In this document: positions 42,607 to 54,288 of the stretch, piece after piece
Numbering within the stretch: the stretch's first letter is position 1
How the letters are laid out: every line of letters starts with the position of its first letter
IMG/VR virus record: IMGVR_UViG_3300028581_000028
Location: 20,314-84,313 of that record
Strand: one strand, 5' to 3'
Source of the DNA: a virus
Length of the DNA stretch: 64,000 nucleotides
The notes under the pieces: generated by a model
Seen by the model: only the letters and a program-made list of their open reading frames with translations
Databases searched by the model: none
Told to the model about the DNA's origin: nothing
Made by a program: the position numbers and the translations under genes

Positions 42607-43172
42607 AAATAATTATCAATAAATTCTTCATCCGTTTCTCTGATGTTTAACTTACATCCGCAATAATTCGCAAAGTCTAATAATAGCACCTTACGACCAG
42701 CGTGATCGCCACGTTCAATTCTGTTTTTATCGATCTCCACGATCCTATCAACAAAAGAACGACTACCAACCCACCAGCTATGACCATCCCATCGCATAAT
42801 CTCCCAATCCGATGTGGATGGCTTCACCCAGTAGTATCCATTTTCTAAAACCATATCTTTAAGTTTAAATAGACACATCTTTTGAAAATGCTTCATATAA
42901 ATACCTTTTGCCGAGCTTTGTTAAAGTCCACTTTGTAGTCACCAGTCCCAGTTCCGCCACAATACATTTGGCAGTATTCCCAGTATGGTATCCAGAGGCA
43001 CATTTGAGCAAAGCGTTTTTAACTACGTCACGCTTCGAGGTATCTCCGAAGTTTGCATTACCCCAAGCAGTGTTTAATTCCTCGTCTGATATTAACTTCT
43101 CTAATTCGCTGATATTGTTTTCCATACTTATTTGTTTTATATGCTATTTGAGTGCTATAATTAAATAGCACA

Positions 43173-43370
43173 TTAAAGATATTTACTTACACTATTTGCG
43201 GTCACCCCCCTTTTGACCAGCCCATCCTCAATCAGCTTGGTAAAAACACGGTAAGCGGAATTATATCCGCAACAACATTTTCTTTGAATTAGCGAGATCG
43301 ATATATCGTCCCCACTTTTAAATCGCAACAAAACTTCTTTTCTGTTTTTGGTATCTTGTTCTTGTTGCAT
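43173..43370 (-). CDS. Stand-alone FtsK-gamma-like winged helix
   Basis: ISISLIQRK..GYNSAYRV..LIEDGLV parallels FtsK gamma S.S.LQR...GYNRAAR. Confidence 0.6.
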   Translation of the reverse strand: MQQEQDTKNRKEVLLRFKSGDDISISLIQRKCCCGYNSAYRVFTKLIEDGLVKRGVTANSVSKYL

Positions 43371-43417
43371 TGCGGTAATACTATCGTGTTCTATACTGTT
43401 TTTTTTGATTTAAATTA

Positions 43418-43437
43418 GGCTGGGGATCGCCCCAGCC
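43418..43437 (-). terminator. GC-rich hairpin, possible terminator
   Basis: GGCTGGGG-ATCG-CCCCAGCC just after the stop of 43447..43830; weak U tract. Confidence 0.5.
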
Positions 43438-43446
43438 CTCTTTTAA

Positions 43447-43830
43447 TTAAAGTGATTTTAATCTTTTATTGCCATCGTTATCCAATGCCACTGCAACATT
43501 TGGCACAAATGTCAACGCTTCTGCACAAGCGATAACCTCGCCATCTTTATTGCGAAATTCAGTTGTTACTTGTACAACACAACCATTCCCAGTCACCATT
43601 GCTTTAGTCGATTTCATCCAGCCTTGCTCTTTACTGGAGGCTTTGCCGATCAACTGGAATAAATCCCCGTTCCCAAAAACTTTTAAATCGGATGTTTTTG
43701 TCTTTGCCTCTTCGATGTTTGTATTATCCAGAGGTTTTTTTGCTTGAAATGTACAAGCTTCACCAGTACCACCAGCTTGTCCGCTTTCGTTTCCTTTTTC
43801 TTTTTTTACTTCGTCTGTGTTGTCGTCCAT
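43447..43830 (-). CDS. Conserved phage hypothetical protein
   Basis: KASSKEQGWMKSTKAM..GCVVQVTT..AEALTFVP. Confidence 0.65.
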   Translation of the reverse strand: MDDNTDEVKKEKGNESGQAGGTGEACTFQAKKPLDNTNIEEAKTKTSDLKVFGNGDLFQLIGKASSKEQGWMKSTKAMVTGNGCVVQVTTEFRNKDGEVIACAEALTFVPNVAVALDNDGNKRLKSL

Positions 43831-44193
43831 AAAATATGTGTTAAAATTTTGCTACTCTTTTACATTAGGTTTTCGCATCCCCTATTTTATTTATATACTT
43901 TATCAACGCATTTTTTAACCTCCTCTTTTGTAAGATTAAATCGGTGCATCAAGTCGTTAAAACTAATCGCCCATTTATTTTCTTTTGCTTTTTTTAAATA
44001 CTCTATACACGCTTTCATTTCTTTGTTTTTTTTATTTAATTTTTAATAAAGGGTTCGCCTCCCTTTTTTGCTTGTTGTGTCGTACTGGTGTATGTCTGGC
44101 TTCAAACAAGCGGTGTTGCTCTTGAGTTTTGTTTAACCCCTTACGCAAAATTAAACATCCAATTACGCAGTCTGTAGACACGTTGTAAATATT

Positions 44194-44736
44194 TTATTTT
44201 AAATTAATAAGTGTTTCTTTGTACTGGTCGAGGCACTCGTTTATAGCAGTTATAATTGCACCTTCAAGCCTTCCGCCTTCCGCAACAACACCATCGCAAT
44301 GATTATAACTTAAAGCATTCTCCAGTATCGATTTAATATCTGGCTTTGCTACTGGTACTACATCCTCACTCGGTTTATTTGCTGGTTGATAGCCTTGCAT
44401 TAATAAATCTGCAGTATTTGGTACTACCTCTGCCATCGTTTTAGGCAGTAGCTCGTAGCATTGCTTAAATACATCTTCGGCACAATGCAAATATTCAAAA
44501 CGATCACCATTAGGGGTTTTAACAATATAATCCCCAGCATCAGCCTGTTTATTTCCATAAGGAGTTGGGATAATTAAAAACCAGTTATGGTTTGCTTTAC
44601 TGATCTTTTTACTGATCCCAGCACCGCTAAACGCAGTTGCCCGTTTTTCTGTAAATTCTATGCACTCAACTTTATTATCCCCAGTAAACTGCATCGCCTT
44701 TACAATAATCGGTATTTGTCTGTATTCTTGTACCAT
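44194..44736 (-). CDS. Phage protein of the YRKKPV/PGDYG-like family
   Basis: YRQIPIIVKAMQFTG..IPTPYG..GDYIVK..DVFKQCYE. Confidence 0.55.
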   Translation of the reverse strand: MVQEYRQIPIIVKAMQFTGDNKVECIEFTEKRATAFSGAGISKKISKANHNWFLIIPTPYGNKQADAGDYIVKTPNGDRFEYLHCAEDVFKQCYELLPKTMAEVVPNTADLLMQGYQPANKPSEDVVPVAKPDIKSILENALSYNHCDGVVAEGGRLEGAIITAINECLDQYKETLINLK

Positions 44737-45294
44737 TTTTTATATTTTATACTTGTTTAAGAATATCTCAAATTCTCTTAAAAAACCATCGATCTGATCG
44801 TAAGATATCCAGCAAAACTTTTGCCCATTAAGAGATACTTCCGTGTCCCTAAGTATACCATCAAAATCAGACTCGCATTTAAAATAAAACAGATGTTTGC
44901 CATCAATTCTTTCCGTTCTTTCTTTTATAGTATTGGGCTTTATTTTTGGCATAGAGTTTTTATTTTAATTGATTTGCATTTTCTATAATACTCCAATCGA
45001 TATCTTTGGATTCCGCACATATTTTACACGCTTGTGTGTGCGTACAGTCGCAAACCTCTTTTTTAGTTGCGGTTTGTACTTCTGGTTTTGGCTTATCCTT
45101 GCATTTATCTTTTGCAAGTTTTATGGCAATAGTTTTGGATATTTTTTTGCAAGGGAATAATTTACAGTCATCGCAATCCGACTCGTTAATTTTTTTCTCA
45201 AATTTTCGAAAGTCCAGTTGCTTTGGAGAATAATAGTTTTTTCTCTGTTTATTCATTTGCGTTGCCCGATTCCGATTAAAGCTATGCAAGTCCA

Positions 45295-46185
45295 TTATTT
45301 CTTGGGTTTATTTAATGCTAATTTAATTGCATCGGCATAAGATACTCCGTTGTTTGTTAATGACATTATCTGATCGTGTCGTTTTGGCTCTCTTGCCTTT
45401 AGGCGATCAAATCTTGTTTTATCAAACTGGCATCCAAATCCACAATACGCACATCCCGTATTGGTTTCGCCCTTATCGTAAATATCCGAGTATTTAAGGT
45501 TGTTTTGTTTTACAAACGCCCAGACATCCTCTTTCGTCCAAATCGATAAAGGCATACATTTATTATCCTTGAGGTTTATACACCCAGTCTTTAAGTAACC
45601 GCCTTTGCGTGTGCCACTATCCGTTGCCATTGTTCCAATAAAAAATCCATCCTTAAGGTATTTTTGCATTGGTTTCTTTTTAAGCAAGTGACAGCATTTA
45701 TACGTTAAATCAAACGGGGCATCAATAAGATGTTTATACTTTTCTGGGAGCTTAAATGATCTGGTTTTACTACCATCTCTTTTGATACCAGTTAAAAATA
45801 GCCGAACTGTATCTTGGTTTTTGCTGGTTGGATATTTACAGTCGTGTATCATTCTTGCGACCTTTTTGCTGATTAAAGGAAAGCCAAACTCTTTTACTAT
45901 TTTAATAAAAGTTGTTTCTGGTCTTACGATCTCTACATTATCAACCTCCCTTACAAATTTTAGTATTTCGATAAACTCGTTGGTAGTATTTGAAAAGACT
46001 GCAGTTCTGTTTTTATCCAGCAATCGAACCAACTTTAACATTACGGTACTATCTATGCCCCCAGAAAACCCGATTTTGCTATTTGGGTACTGAGCAATAA
46101 AAGAGTCGATAACGTAAAGCGAATGATCTATCTTTTGAGATAAGCTCCACTTAAGTCTTTGTTGTAATTCCTCGCTGGATACCAT
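45295..46185 (-). CDS. PAPS-reductase-family protein
   Basis: FSGGIDSTV, FSNTTNEF, CCHLLKKKP, PLSIWT, NTGCAYCGFG. Confidence 0.85.
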   Translation of the reverse strand: MVSSEELQQRLKWSLSQKIDHSLYVIDSFIAQYPNSKIGFSGGIDSTVMLKLVRLLDKNRTAVFSNTTNEFIEILKFVREVDNVEIVRPETTFIKIVKEFGFPLISKKVARMIHDCKYPTSKNQDTVRLFLTGIKRDGSKTRSFKLPEKYKHLIDAPFDLTYKCCHLLKKKPMQKYLKDGFFIGTMATDSGTRKGGYLKTGCINLKDNKCMPLSIWTKEDVWAFVKQNNLKYSDIYDKGETNTGCAYCGFGCQFDKTRFDRLKAREPKRHDQIMSLTNNGVSYADAIKLALNKPKK

Positions 46186-46721
46186 TACTGGAAAACTTTA
46201 GCAAGAGAGTAACGAGTGCCTTTGCCATTTTTGTTTATGGGACGAGATTTACTGGCAATGTCCATCATTAGCACCTTCACCGCCTTGCTTTTCTCTCCGT
46301 GTTCTTGAATTGCTTTTCTTAAAGCGTTTTTTTGCCAGTAGTTGAGTCTGACTTCATCATCTCCCACCATAATTTTTGGGAGTACTGTACTGGGAACTTT
46401 TATCGGGTTTTCTTTTTTTACGGGTACAGCCTTAACCGTTTTATTACTTGGGCTTTTTACAGCGTATTTTTTATCAATTAATACTTCTATGTCGACACTA
46501 TCCGATAAGGCAAACTCACCGCCTTTTTTATACATCCCCTCTTGGAGTCGCCAAATTAACTCTGATGTTTTATTGTTTACTGCGATTCCGCACATTGCCA
46601 GTCCTATGCGAGTATAGTTGGTCTTCTGGTCTGTACTAAGCCTTGCTACGACTTTTGTTTTATCGGATAAAGTAACCTTATCGCTGGGCTTTAGCTTTTT
46701 AGAGTCTTTGTTAGTTGCCAT
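46185..46721 (-). CDS. Hypothetical protein
   Basis: 178 aa ORF. Confidence 0.6.
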   Translation of the reverse strand: MATNKDSKKLKPSDKVTLSDKTKVVARLSTDQKTNYTRIGLAMCGIAVNNKTSELIWRLQEGMYKKGGEFALSDSVDIEVLIDKKYAVKSPSNKTVKAVPVKKENPIKVPSTVLPKIMVGDDEVRLNYWQKNALRKAIQEHGEKSKAVKVLMMDIASKSRPINKNGKGTRYSLAKVFQ

Positions 46722-47767
46722 ATATCACATACTTATTTAGTTAATACCATTATTATCGCTATTATCAACATTATCAATTCAATACAGCCGATAAACAAGG
46801 CAAAAGTCGACCTTTTGCTATGTTTATTTTGCTTATTGTTAAAGTAGTCCATTTTATTTTATGGTTTTTCGGCTGATTATTATGCTTATTGTTATGTGCG
46901 ACCATATTATCATCGGTAATTATACCCTCTACAATTATCACCTTGTGCGATGTGTTCAACTTGATTCCAGTTGTCATCAATCACCTTTTTATTCGCCTCA
47001 TCGATCCTCATACACTCCAGCCCTTTTGCTCCGCCAACCAAATACTTACAACACTTTACACCCTTACCCAGTTTGCAAACATTTTTAATGTGATCGTAAT
47101 CCTCGTTTAAGTCCATATATTTAACTATATCGGGTTATTTGTAATATTTTACACTCGCAACCAACCTTTGACCATTGCATCAAGACCTTAAGCTCAACCT
47201 CTGAATAGAATTGAGCTTCCACTACTTGCGAATGAATTGCTTCATCCCCCTCTGTAGTGTTTTCTGGGTGTTTTAGAGTAGTTAAAACAATAAACTTTTC
47301 CATAATTATTGTTGTTGCTGGGCTTTTTGCCAAATTAGTTTAGAGTCCGTAAATATCTGCGGTTTAGTTATAGCTACCCTTGTCCGTTTATCAGTATAAC
47401 GATATGCTACACTACCATCAGAGTATTTAACTATTTCGCTATCGAAAATAGAGGAATCCAGTATATCTATCTGGATATCCCCTATGTTTATACTTTGTTT
47501 AATTCTTAATATTGCTACTTCGGTAATCATTATTCAAATATACATAATAAGTTTATTTATCAGCTACTTTAAAGCCCCTTCCTCCGTTTAAGTGATATGG
47601 AATATCTCTTAATATGGAAGTGTTTTCAAAGACCAACATTCCAACAAAACTTTTTCTTTCTTCGACAACGATAACCTCGCAACCAATATTACTTTGGAGC
47701 TTACTGCCCAAAAAGATCGGTTGTAAATCATCATCGTACATCCCAGTAAAGATTGGTTTCATAATTT

Positions 47768-48523
47768 TTATTTTTCTAAGATTTGTTTTCTTATCCTTTC
47801 GATTAATTTTAAAAAATACAAAGGAAAATCCCTTGTCAGTATCCATTCCGCAAAGCGAATGTTATGTTCTACCTTTTTGCCCTTTTCTTGTCCGAAGTTA
47901 AATACATAATCTCCCCTTTTGCCTTTAAGTATTTTCTCAGTCCACTCTGCCCGATTATTTGGGTTACAAAATTTAGCCAGTTCCCCAATCTTTTTGCCCT
48001 TTAATTCTGGGTACTTTTCAATCTGTTTAAAAAATACTCTCATCGTGGCTAAAGTATCGGCTCTGGAGCTATGTTTATCGGTATAGTCGCTACCGCAGTA
48101 GTATCTATGTGCCGAAGCCAAATCTCGCTTCTCAAAATGTTTAAAAATATAGCATACATCAATACTATGAACTTGCTCTGCGTCTGGAAAATCTATTCCG
48201 CAACGGCAAAACTCCTCTTGAAGTAAAGGGTTATCGTAACTATTATTGTTAAAGCCAATAATATAACAATCCCTCATAAAGTCATAAACATCAACTGCTA
48301 CATCTTTAAATTTCGGGCAGTCTTTTACCATATCGTCTGTAATGCCATTTACCGCAGTTGCAAAGCTGGGGATCGACATCTCTGGGTTAATTAGCCTCTC
48401 GAATTCAACCTCAGTTTTATCTGGCATAACTTTAAGGATGAAAATACTTACGATCCGATCCTTTGCGGTATCCAGACCAGTTGTTTCCAAATCGTAAAAT
48501 GCCAAAGGTTTTCTAAAATTCAT
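47768..48523 (-). CDS. DnaQ/PolIII-epsilon-like 3'-5' exonuclease
   Basis: FYDLETTG, GFNNNSYD, HSSRADT; C-terminal FNFG motif. Confidence 0.9.
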   Translation of the reverse strand: MNFRKPLAFYDLETTGLDTAKDRIVSIFILKVMPDKTEVEFERLINPEMSIPSFATAVNGITDDMVKDCPKFKDVAVDVYDFMRDCYIIGFNNNSYDNPLLQEEFCRCGIDFPDAEQVHSIDVCYIFKHFEKRDLASAHRYYCGSDYTDKHSSRADTLATMRVFFKQIEKYPELKGKKIGELAKFCNPNNRAEWTEKILKGKRGDYVFNFGQEKGKKVEHNIRFAEWILTRDFPLYFLKLIERIRKQILEK

Positions 48524-48829
48524 ACTTATTTTTTTTTATTTCGATTAACTAAATACTCCACAAACTGCATTATGTAAACAATCGCAACCATAAACGCAAC
48601 CGCCAACACCAGTAATAATATAGGGTGTTGCCCGACATAATCATTAAAAGCGTTATGGGTTGTTTCGTTCATTGTTATTTTTTAGCATTGTTTTTACTAC
48701 TCTGCAATTTTAATATATTTTGTACGTTTGTGCAAGTCAATGGGCGAATATATTTATTAACAGTTCCATCACATTTTACAACTAATTCGACTTTAATTCT
48801 TTTACGCTTTTTTCTCATAACGAATTCCA

Positions 48830-49090
48830 TTATTTATCTTTATTAATATGGAATACTTCCTCGACTGGTCGTCCAAGAGCTTTTGCAATCTTTATCGCAA
48901 TTGGCAAGGATATACATTGTCTTTGCCCATTGATAATTCTGGATAGATGTGCTGGATTAGTTTCAACAAGATCAGCCAACTCCTTCTGCGACATATCAAT
49001 CTCCTTCATTATTTTTTTAATGCTATTGGAGTACATCTTACTCTTCGCCTTGCGTACTACTTTTTTCTTTGTTTTTAATTTGGTTATCAT
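48830..49090 (-). CDS. XRE-family HTH regulator
   Basis: MSQKELADLV..HLSRIING..AIKIAKALG..VEEVF. Confidence 0.9.
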   Translation of the reverse strand: MITKLKTKKKVVRKAKSKMYSNSIKKIMKEIDMSQKELADLVETNPAHLSRIINGQRQCISLPIAIKIAKALGRPVEEVFHINKDK

Positions 49091-49111
49091 AACCCGAATA
49101 TATTAATGAGT

Positions 49112-49699
49112 TTATACTTTTTCATCGTTATTTTTATTATTCTTTTTTAACAAGAAGGTCTTTGTATTATCAAACACCGTTGGGGTTTTATCGTTTATGT
49201 TTAACGTCCCCAGCAACTCTTTTATCTCCTCTGTAGTATATCCAGTAAATACAAGGAACTTATCTTGACTTACACGGACACCAATACAATGATTAAGATC
49301 GACAAATGTGTAATCCTTTACAAGATCGATCTTGCCCTCGATTATCATTAGCTTGTGTTCAACGAGATTAAATATTTCGTTGACCTCTTTTAGTAAATCA
49401 CGATCCCAGCTAATGTAATTCTTTATTGTTTTTTTACCGTGAAGTATAGTTGCGTGATCGCATTTAAAAATATCGGCAAGGATTCGAAGCTTAATCCTTA
49501 ATTTAGACAAGCAAACAAATATTGCAACATACTTTATCTTAACAATCTCTGCCTTTCTGGTCTTTAAATCATAATCCGACATTGGCTGATTATAATACCC
49601 AGCGACTATCTCTTTTATGAAATCTACTTGCTTACGAAGAATAGATAATTGTACATAATCATCGTATTGTTCGCCTCGTTTTTCTTTTTCCATAACCAT
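49112..49699 (-). CDS. Protein with DnaA C-terminal-like HTH
   Basis: TRKAEIV..IFKCDHATILHG; adjacent to dnaB. Confidence 0.7.
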   Translation of the reverse strand: MVMEKEKRGEQYDDYVQLSILRKQVDFIKEIVAGYYNQPMSDYDLKTRKAEIVKIKYVAIFVCLSKLRIKLRILADIFKCDHATILHGKKTIKNYISWDRDLLKEVNEIFNLVEHKLMIIEGKIDLVKDYTFVDLNHCIGVRVSQDKFLVFTGYTTEEIKELLGTLNINDKTPTVFDNTKTFLLKKNNKNNDEKV

Positions 49700-49702
49700 A
49701 TT

Positions 49703-51226
49703 TTAAAAAGGTAAATCATCTTCTTCTGGCTTCATACCAAAGTTCCCAACATTATTGCTGGGGTTGACATCAAACTCTGTATTTTGAGGCATTGCACCAA
49801 ATCCTACTGATGTAGTTTCTTCTTGTTTGTCCCACATCGGATGATTGGTTACTTTAGTTAGCGAGTGTATAAACTGCAAAGGAACTTCGCCCAACTCCCC
49901 GTTTCTATGTTTTGCCACTATCAATAAAAACAACCCTTTAGTTTCTAATGTATCGCTTCCGATCTCGTAGGTATCGATCCCATAATATTCGGGACGATAA
50001 CAGAAAATAACCATATCCGCATCTTGCTCTATTTGACCAGACTCCCTCAAGTCCGCCAACATTGGCTTTTTATCCGTTCTGGTTTCTGCAACACGACTCA
50101 ACTGGGATAATGCAATAATTGGAATATCCAACTCTTTTGCAAGACCTTTTAATCCCCTCGATATCTCGGCAATTTCTTGTTCCCTATTGCGAATATCAAG
50201 ACCGCTTCGCATTAATTGTAAATAATCGATTACAATTAATTTAACGCCCTTTTCACGCACCAGCCTCCTTGCCTTGCCCTTTAATTCTACAAGCGATATA
50301 TTAGGGGTGTCATCGATATATAATGGTGCTGATAATAATTTACCGCAAGTCTTTTCAATATGCAACACCTCACCCATTTCAAGTTGTTTTTTAATGATCC
50401 TCGAAGCGTCTATCGTTGATAAATGCGATTGCATTCTTCCGCCAAGCTGGGATTTCGACATCTCTAAACTAAATATGCCAACGGGGATATCTTTTTCTAT
50501 TGTAGGGAATGTCACCATACTTAACGCAACTGCAGTCTTCCCCATACTCGGTCTTCCAGCGATTATTATAAGATCGCTTTTTTGCCACCCAGAAGTCATT
50601 TTGTCCACCAATCTTAGCCCAGTAACAACTCCAGACTGTACACCCGTTTCTGCAACGATCTTACTCTCCTCTATGTTGGATAAATGGATATCTTTTATGG
50701 ATGATATCTCGTAATTCATTATCGACTTAATGCTATCATCGAGCTTTAACTGTAACTCCGCAAATACATCAAATACATCCTCCTCGTCTGCATACGCTTT
50801 AGTTATAGAGCTGGAACAGATTTGTATAATCTGCCTCTGTATAGATTTTTGTTGTAAAATTTTAATATGAAAATCAACGTGACTTGCGGATGCCACTCTC
50901 CCAGTTAGCTTTGTTAAATATAATGCACCGCCTACCTCGTCCAGCTTTTTATCGTCCCTTAGTTTTTGGCAAAGGGTTAATACATCTATTGTTTGATTAG
51001 CGTGATACATTTCAATAAACGCATTGGCAATAATTCTGTTTGCCTCTCTGTAAAACAAGCCCTCGCTAAAGTCTTTAATAACCCGATCAAATGATCCAGA
51101 GTCGATTATTAAAGCACCCAGTACCGCCTCCTCCAGTTCGAGTGCTTGTGGGGGAATTTTACCAAGTTCCGTAAACTCAACGACTGTATTACGCTTGTTA
51201 TATTTTTTATCTTTATCCCCAGCCAT
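49703..51226 (-). CDS. dnaB: Replicative DNA helicase DnaB
   Basis: PPQALELEEAVLG, AGRPSMGKT, FSLEM, IDYLQL, LSQLSR, LRESGQIEQDAD, AKHRNG. Confidence 0.97.
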   Translation of the reverse strand: MAGDKDKKYNKRNTVVEFTELGKIPPQALELEEAVLGALIIDSGSFDRVIKDFSEGLFYREANRIIANAFIEMYHANQTIDVLTLCQKLRDDKKLDEVGGALYLTKLTGRVASASHVDFHIKILQQKSIQRQIIQICSSSITKAYADEEDVFDVFAELQLKLDDSIKSIMNYEISSIKDIHLSNIEESKIVAETGVQSGVVTGLRLVDKMTSGWQKSDLIIIAGRPSMGKTAVALSMVTFPTIEKDIPVGIFSLEMSKSQLGGRMQSHLSTIDASRIIKKQLEMGEVLHIEKTCGKLLSAPLYIDDTPNISLVELKGKARRLVREKGVKLIVIDYLQLMRSGLDIRNREQEIAEISRGLKGLAKELDIPIIALSQLSRVAETRTDKKPMLADLRESGQIEQDADMVIFCYRPEYYGIDTYEIGSDTLETKGLFLLIVAKHRNGELGEVPLQFIHSLTKVTNHPMWDKQEETTSVGFGAMPQNTEFDVNPSNNVGNFGMKPEEDDLPF

Positions 51227-51612
51227 TATACTTCGTATTTAAAGTCAGTCCAATGAATAATCTTTCCAGTAAAATTTACCTTATACCAGCAATTAAAAAA
51301 GGATACCCGATCTGGAAATCCTTCGTTTTTAATTAGGGCATTCATTATAGCTTCGTTTGTAGTTACGTTTACGCCATCAATATACACCATAACCCTCCAA
51401 CTCTCGTTTAATTGACCAGCATTATTACAAGCCCAATAAAACTGTATTTTTTGCGTTGATACACAATCTGCATTGTGAAAACATACAGAACCAGCCTTAA
51501 ATATTATACCTCTACCAGCTCTCCAACGATTATTTCCATCTCGCCTTATTGTATGAATTATAAACCCATTTATAATTGGCTCTTGATAAATTCTTTTAAA
51601 TATAATTACCAT
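51226..51612 (-). CDS. ASCH-like protein
   Basis: IHTIRRD..RWRAG..NEGF..FF..GKIIHW. Confidence 0.5.
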   Translation of the reverse strand: MVIIFKRIYQEPIINGFIIHTIRRDGNNRWRAGRGIIFKAGSVCFHNADCVSTQKIQFYWACNNAGQLNESWRVMVYIDGVNVTTNEAIMNALIKNEGFPDRVSFFNCWYKVNFTGKIIHWTDFKYEV

Positions 51613-51895
51613 ATCCCTATTTTTTTATTGCTTTTAAAACCGTGTATCTAATTAATGAGGGCATAATAACTCCAGCCAAGCCAATTGCAATCATTGTACT
51701 TTTACTCATCTTATTTGGCATTTTAACTGCTGGGTTGTATTTTATCGTTTTGCCGTCCTCCAGTATCCGATTATAACTACCGCAGTATTCACACTTAACG
51801 GTATTTGTTTGTGTCGAGGGCAGTCCGCCTCCACATCCGCAACAATTTATTGACCTTGTTTCTTGCATACTTATTATGTTATACAAACATACAAC

Positions 51896-52489
51896 TTATT
51901 CGTCCAATCCCAGTATTTTCGCATTGGTTTTTACGTTGGTGTTTTGACTTTTATCCTTATTGTTTGGTAACCAGTAAGAAAAATGCTTTGCACAATCCCC
52001 CCAGCCAGTATATTTTTTCTCAAATGCTTTCTGCTCTTTAATAAACAACTCTATTAGATCGGATAATTGCTTTTTATTGATCCCGTGCTTAAGTTGGATA
52101 AATTCGTGCATATTTTTAGCATTCCTTAAATCTTCCTCGAACTTATCTATGCTTTGTAAATTAGCAACAAATACATCAACGCTAACTTTATCCAGTCGGC
52201 TTCTATCGATATACTTATTCCAGCAATTATAAAATCTGATTTCTGCTTCTGTTATTGCGATCAGCCCACCCTTTTGCAACTCGTTAAACGATACCTCAAA
52301 TTTATTATAAAATGGGATATCCGCCTTTAACATCTCAAAGGCATTGGAATTAACATTTGTTGGCTTTTTATCGCTGAAGTGCTTTGTGAGGCAACTTATG
52401 TAAAGCATCTTGGCAATAGCTGATAGTTTTATCTCGGATACCTCCTTAAATATTTTGTCAATCGTATAAAGGTTGATAACGGTAAGCAT
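51896..52489 (-). CDS. Putative replication-initiation-related protein
   Basis: Helical N-terminus, DCAKHFSYWL C-terminus, located upstream of dnaB; function inferred from position. Confidence 0.35.
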   Translation of the reverse strand: MLTVINLYTIDKIFKEVSEIKLSAIAKMLYISCLTKHFSDKKPTNVNSNAFEMLKADIPFYNKFEVSFNELQKGGLIAITEAEIRFYNCWNKYIDRSRLDKVSVDVFVANLQSIDKFEEDLRNAKNMHEFIQLKHGINKKQLSDLIELFIKEQKAFEKKYTGWGDCAKHFSYWLPNNKDKSQNTNVKTNAKILGLDE

Positions 52490-52672
52490 TTAATTATATA
52501 TTAGATAGTATAATACAAATAAATGTTATTGCGGTCATCCCAATTAGCCATAACCAATGTTTTACCATTAGCCATTTTTTATTGTATGGTTTACCCTTTA
52601 TCTCGTGAAGTAAACACTCGGCATAATATCCTCCCAGTAACATAGCTTTAATACTTTTATTATCTGTAGATT

Positions 52673-52987
52673 TTATTTTACTGGCATCCCCCAAACATCT
52701 CCAGTAACCCTAACTTTTTTGCCACTTGTTTTAACCTCGACAATAACATTTTTCATAAACTCCCCCGTTGGATATTGTTTAACTGCATCGTCCACCGCAG
52801 ATTCTAATGCTTGTTTGTTTTTTACCTTTGCTTTTCCAATTACGTCTTTAGCAATAAGAACATATTCCGTTTTACTATCAACATTCCTCGTGGATATCAT
52901 TGTTAGTTTACCAAGTCTATTATAGCAAGAACTTGTTGCCATACATACAATGGCTAAAATCGAGATAATCATTAATCTACTTTTCAT
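52673..52987 (-). CDS. Putative lipoprotein
   Basis: Signal ending ATSSC; RLGKLTMISTRNVD. Confidence 0.6.
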   Translation of the reverse strand: MKSRLMIISILAIVCMATSSCYNRLGKLTMISTRNVDSKTEYVLIAKDVIGKAKVKNKQALESAVDDAVKQYPTGEFMKNVIVEVKTSGKKVRVTGDVWGMPVK

Positions 52988-53020
52988 TTTAATTATTTTT
53001 TAAGGTTTAGAAATTAAATT

Positions 53021-53269
53021 TTAGTTTATGTACTTTTTAGATAATTCAGTTAAATGGAATTTGGTATGGCTTTTATGGGCTTCCTTTAATAAATATCCCT
53101 TTTTCTCCAACTTGCTTAAGTGATAATTTATTAAACTGGTTGGTACTCCAAATATCTCCCTTAAGTGCCAACTTACAACATATTGGTAATTTACATAAAG
53201 AGTATCCAATACCCTTTTTAGCCACATTTTTTCTGTTTCGTTTAATATTAAATCGTCCTCTATATTCAT
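53021..53269 (-). CDS. Winged-helix DNA-binding protein
   Basis: INYHLSKLEKKGYL..FHLTE. Confidence 0.6.
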   Translation of the reverse strand: MNIEDDLILNETEKMWLKRVLDTLYVNYQYVVSWHLREIFGVPTSLINYHLSKLEKKGYLLKEAHKSHTKFHLTELSKKYIN

Positions 53270-53936
53270 AATTAATTTATTTTATTTTTTCGTTAATCCT
53301 CTTCTCCAGAATTAGTCCAAGTTCTGTAAGTTTATAATACTTTTTACTTTGGTATGGTCTTGTTTTTATTAGCCCTTTTTTAACAAGCGATCTTGTGGTG
53401 TTTGGGTGATATAAGTTGCTATCTTTAAGCAACGTCTTGTTTTTTATAATATACTTAAGACACTCAAGTTGTTTATTGGTAAGTTTTTTAATAATCTTAT
53501 TTCTAATAATAATGTCATATACCTCTAAACCAATACAAACTATACCCATCGCAACCGAAGCGTTAATTAAATGCTTGTTAATGTTTATTATTTTCGTTTT
53601 GGGTTTTTTAATCTTTTTCTTTTTGTGCGTTTTAATCTTTACCATAACTAAGGTTTTTTTATTGTTTTAGCAATTTCTTTAATATCGATCCCCAGTAAGC
53701 TCAACGCTTTTTTAAGTCTATCAGCACAAGGCTCTGCGACTTCATCGCTTTGATGTTCTATGATCCGTAAATGGCTATCAAAGAACTTTGGCAAGTCTAT
53801 TATTAACGACCATTCTTCTAAACGCAATTGCTGGGGCAATTCTGTTTTGCTCAACACCTCTCTTATCGCATTTAATAAAGCGACTTTATCGGTTGTTGCT
53901 CTTATTTTTATTATTGGTTTCTTCTGCACCATTATT

Positions 53937-54239
53937 TTATTTTAATAAATTAAAACAATCATCTAATTCAATTTGAGTACACCATTGCAATCCCGATACA
54001 TCAATATTAATAGGTATTCTTTCTTTTGCAAGTTCTTTGGCGACTTCTATTCCCAACCATCTTCTACCCCTATTATAAATAATATACCACCCTTTACATC
54101 CATTATCTTCTTTTATTGGTAAATATTGCGGACAAACACCTCCTATATCAAACAGATATCCTTTTCTAAAGGCTAAAGTATGACCGTTAAACTTAAAGTG
54201 ATTTGAATAATTGATAATATAATTGTCCGAATTTTGCAT
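53937..54239 (-). CDS. Hypothetical protein immediately left of the cassette array
   Basis: 100 aa ORF; no tyrosine-recombinase motifs seen. Confidence 0.6.
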   Translation of the reverse strand: MQNSDNYIINYSNHFKFNGHTLAFRKGYLFDIGGVCPQYLPIKEDNGCKGWYIIYNRGRRWLGIEVAKELAKERIPINIDVSGLQWCTQIELDDCFNLLK

Positions 54240-54254
54240 CTGATTATTATTTAC

Positions 54255-54288
54255 TTACAAAGGTTATTAGCTATATAAGATGTTATCG
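54255..54288 (+). other. Putative attI-like cassette insertion site
   Basis: Lone GTTATCG core (G at 54282) with no preceding hairpin; its flank pairs with the R'' end of cassette 1. Confidence 0.5.

Noticed and set aside
48718-48737. Plus-strand TTGTACGTTTGTGCAA promoter-like match
   Set aside because: It lacks the upstream GACTTGC element and has no plus-strand gene downstream; an antisense role cannot be supported.
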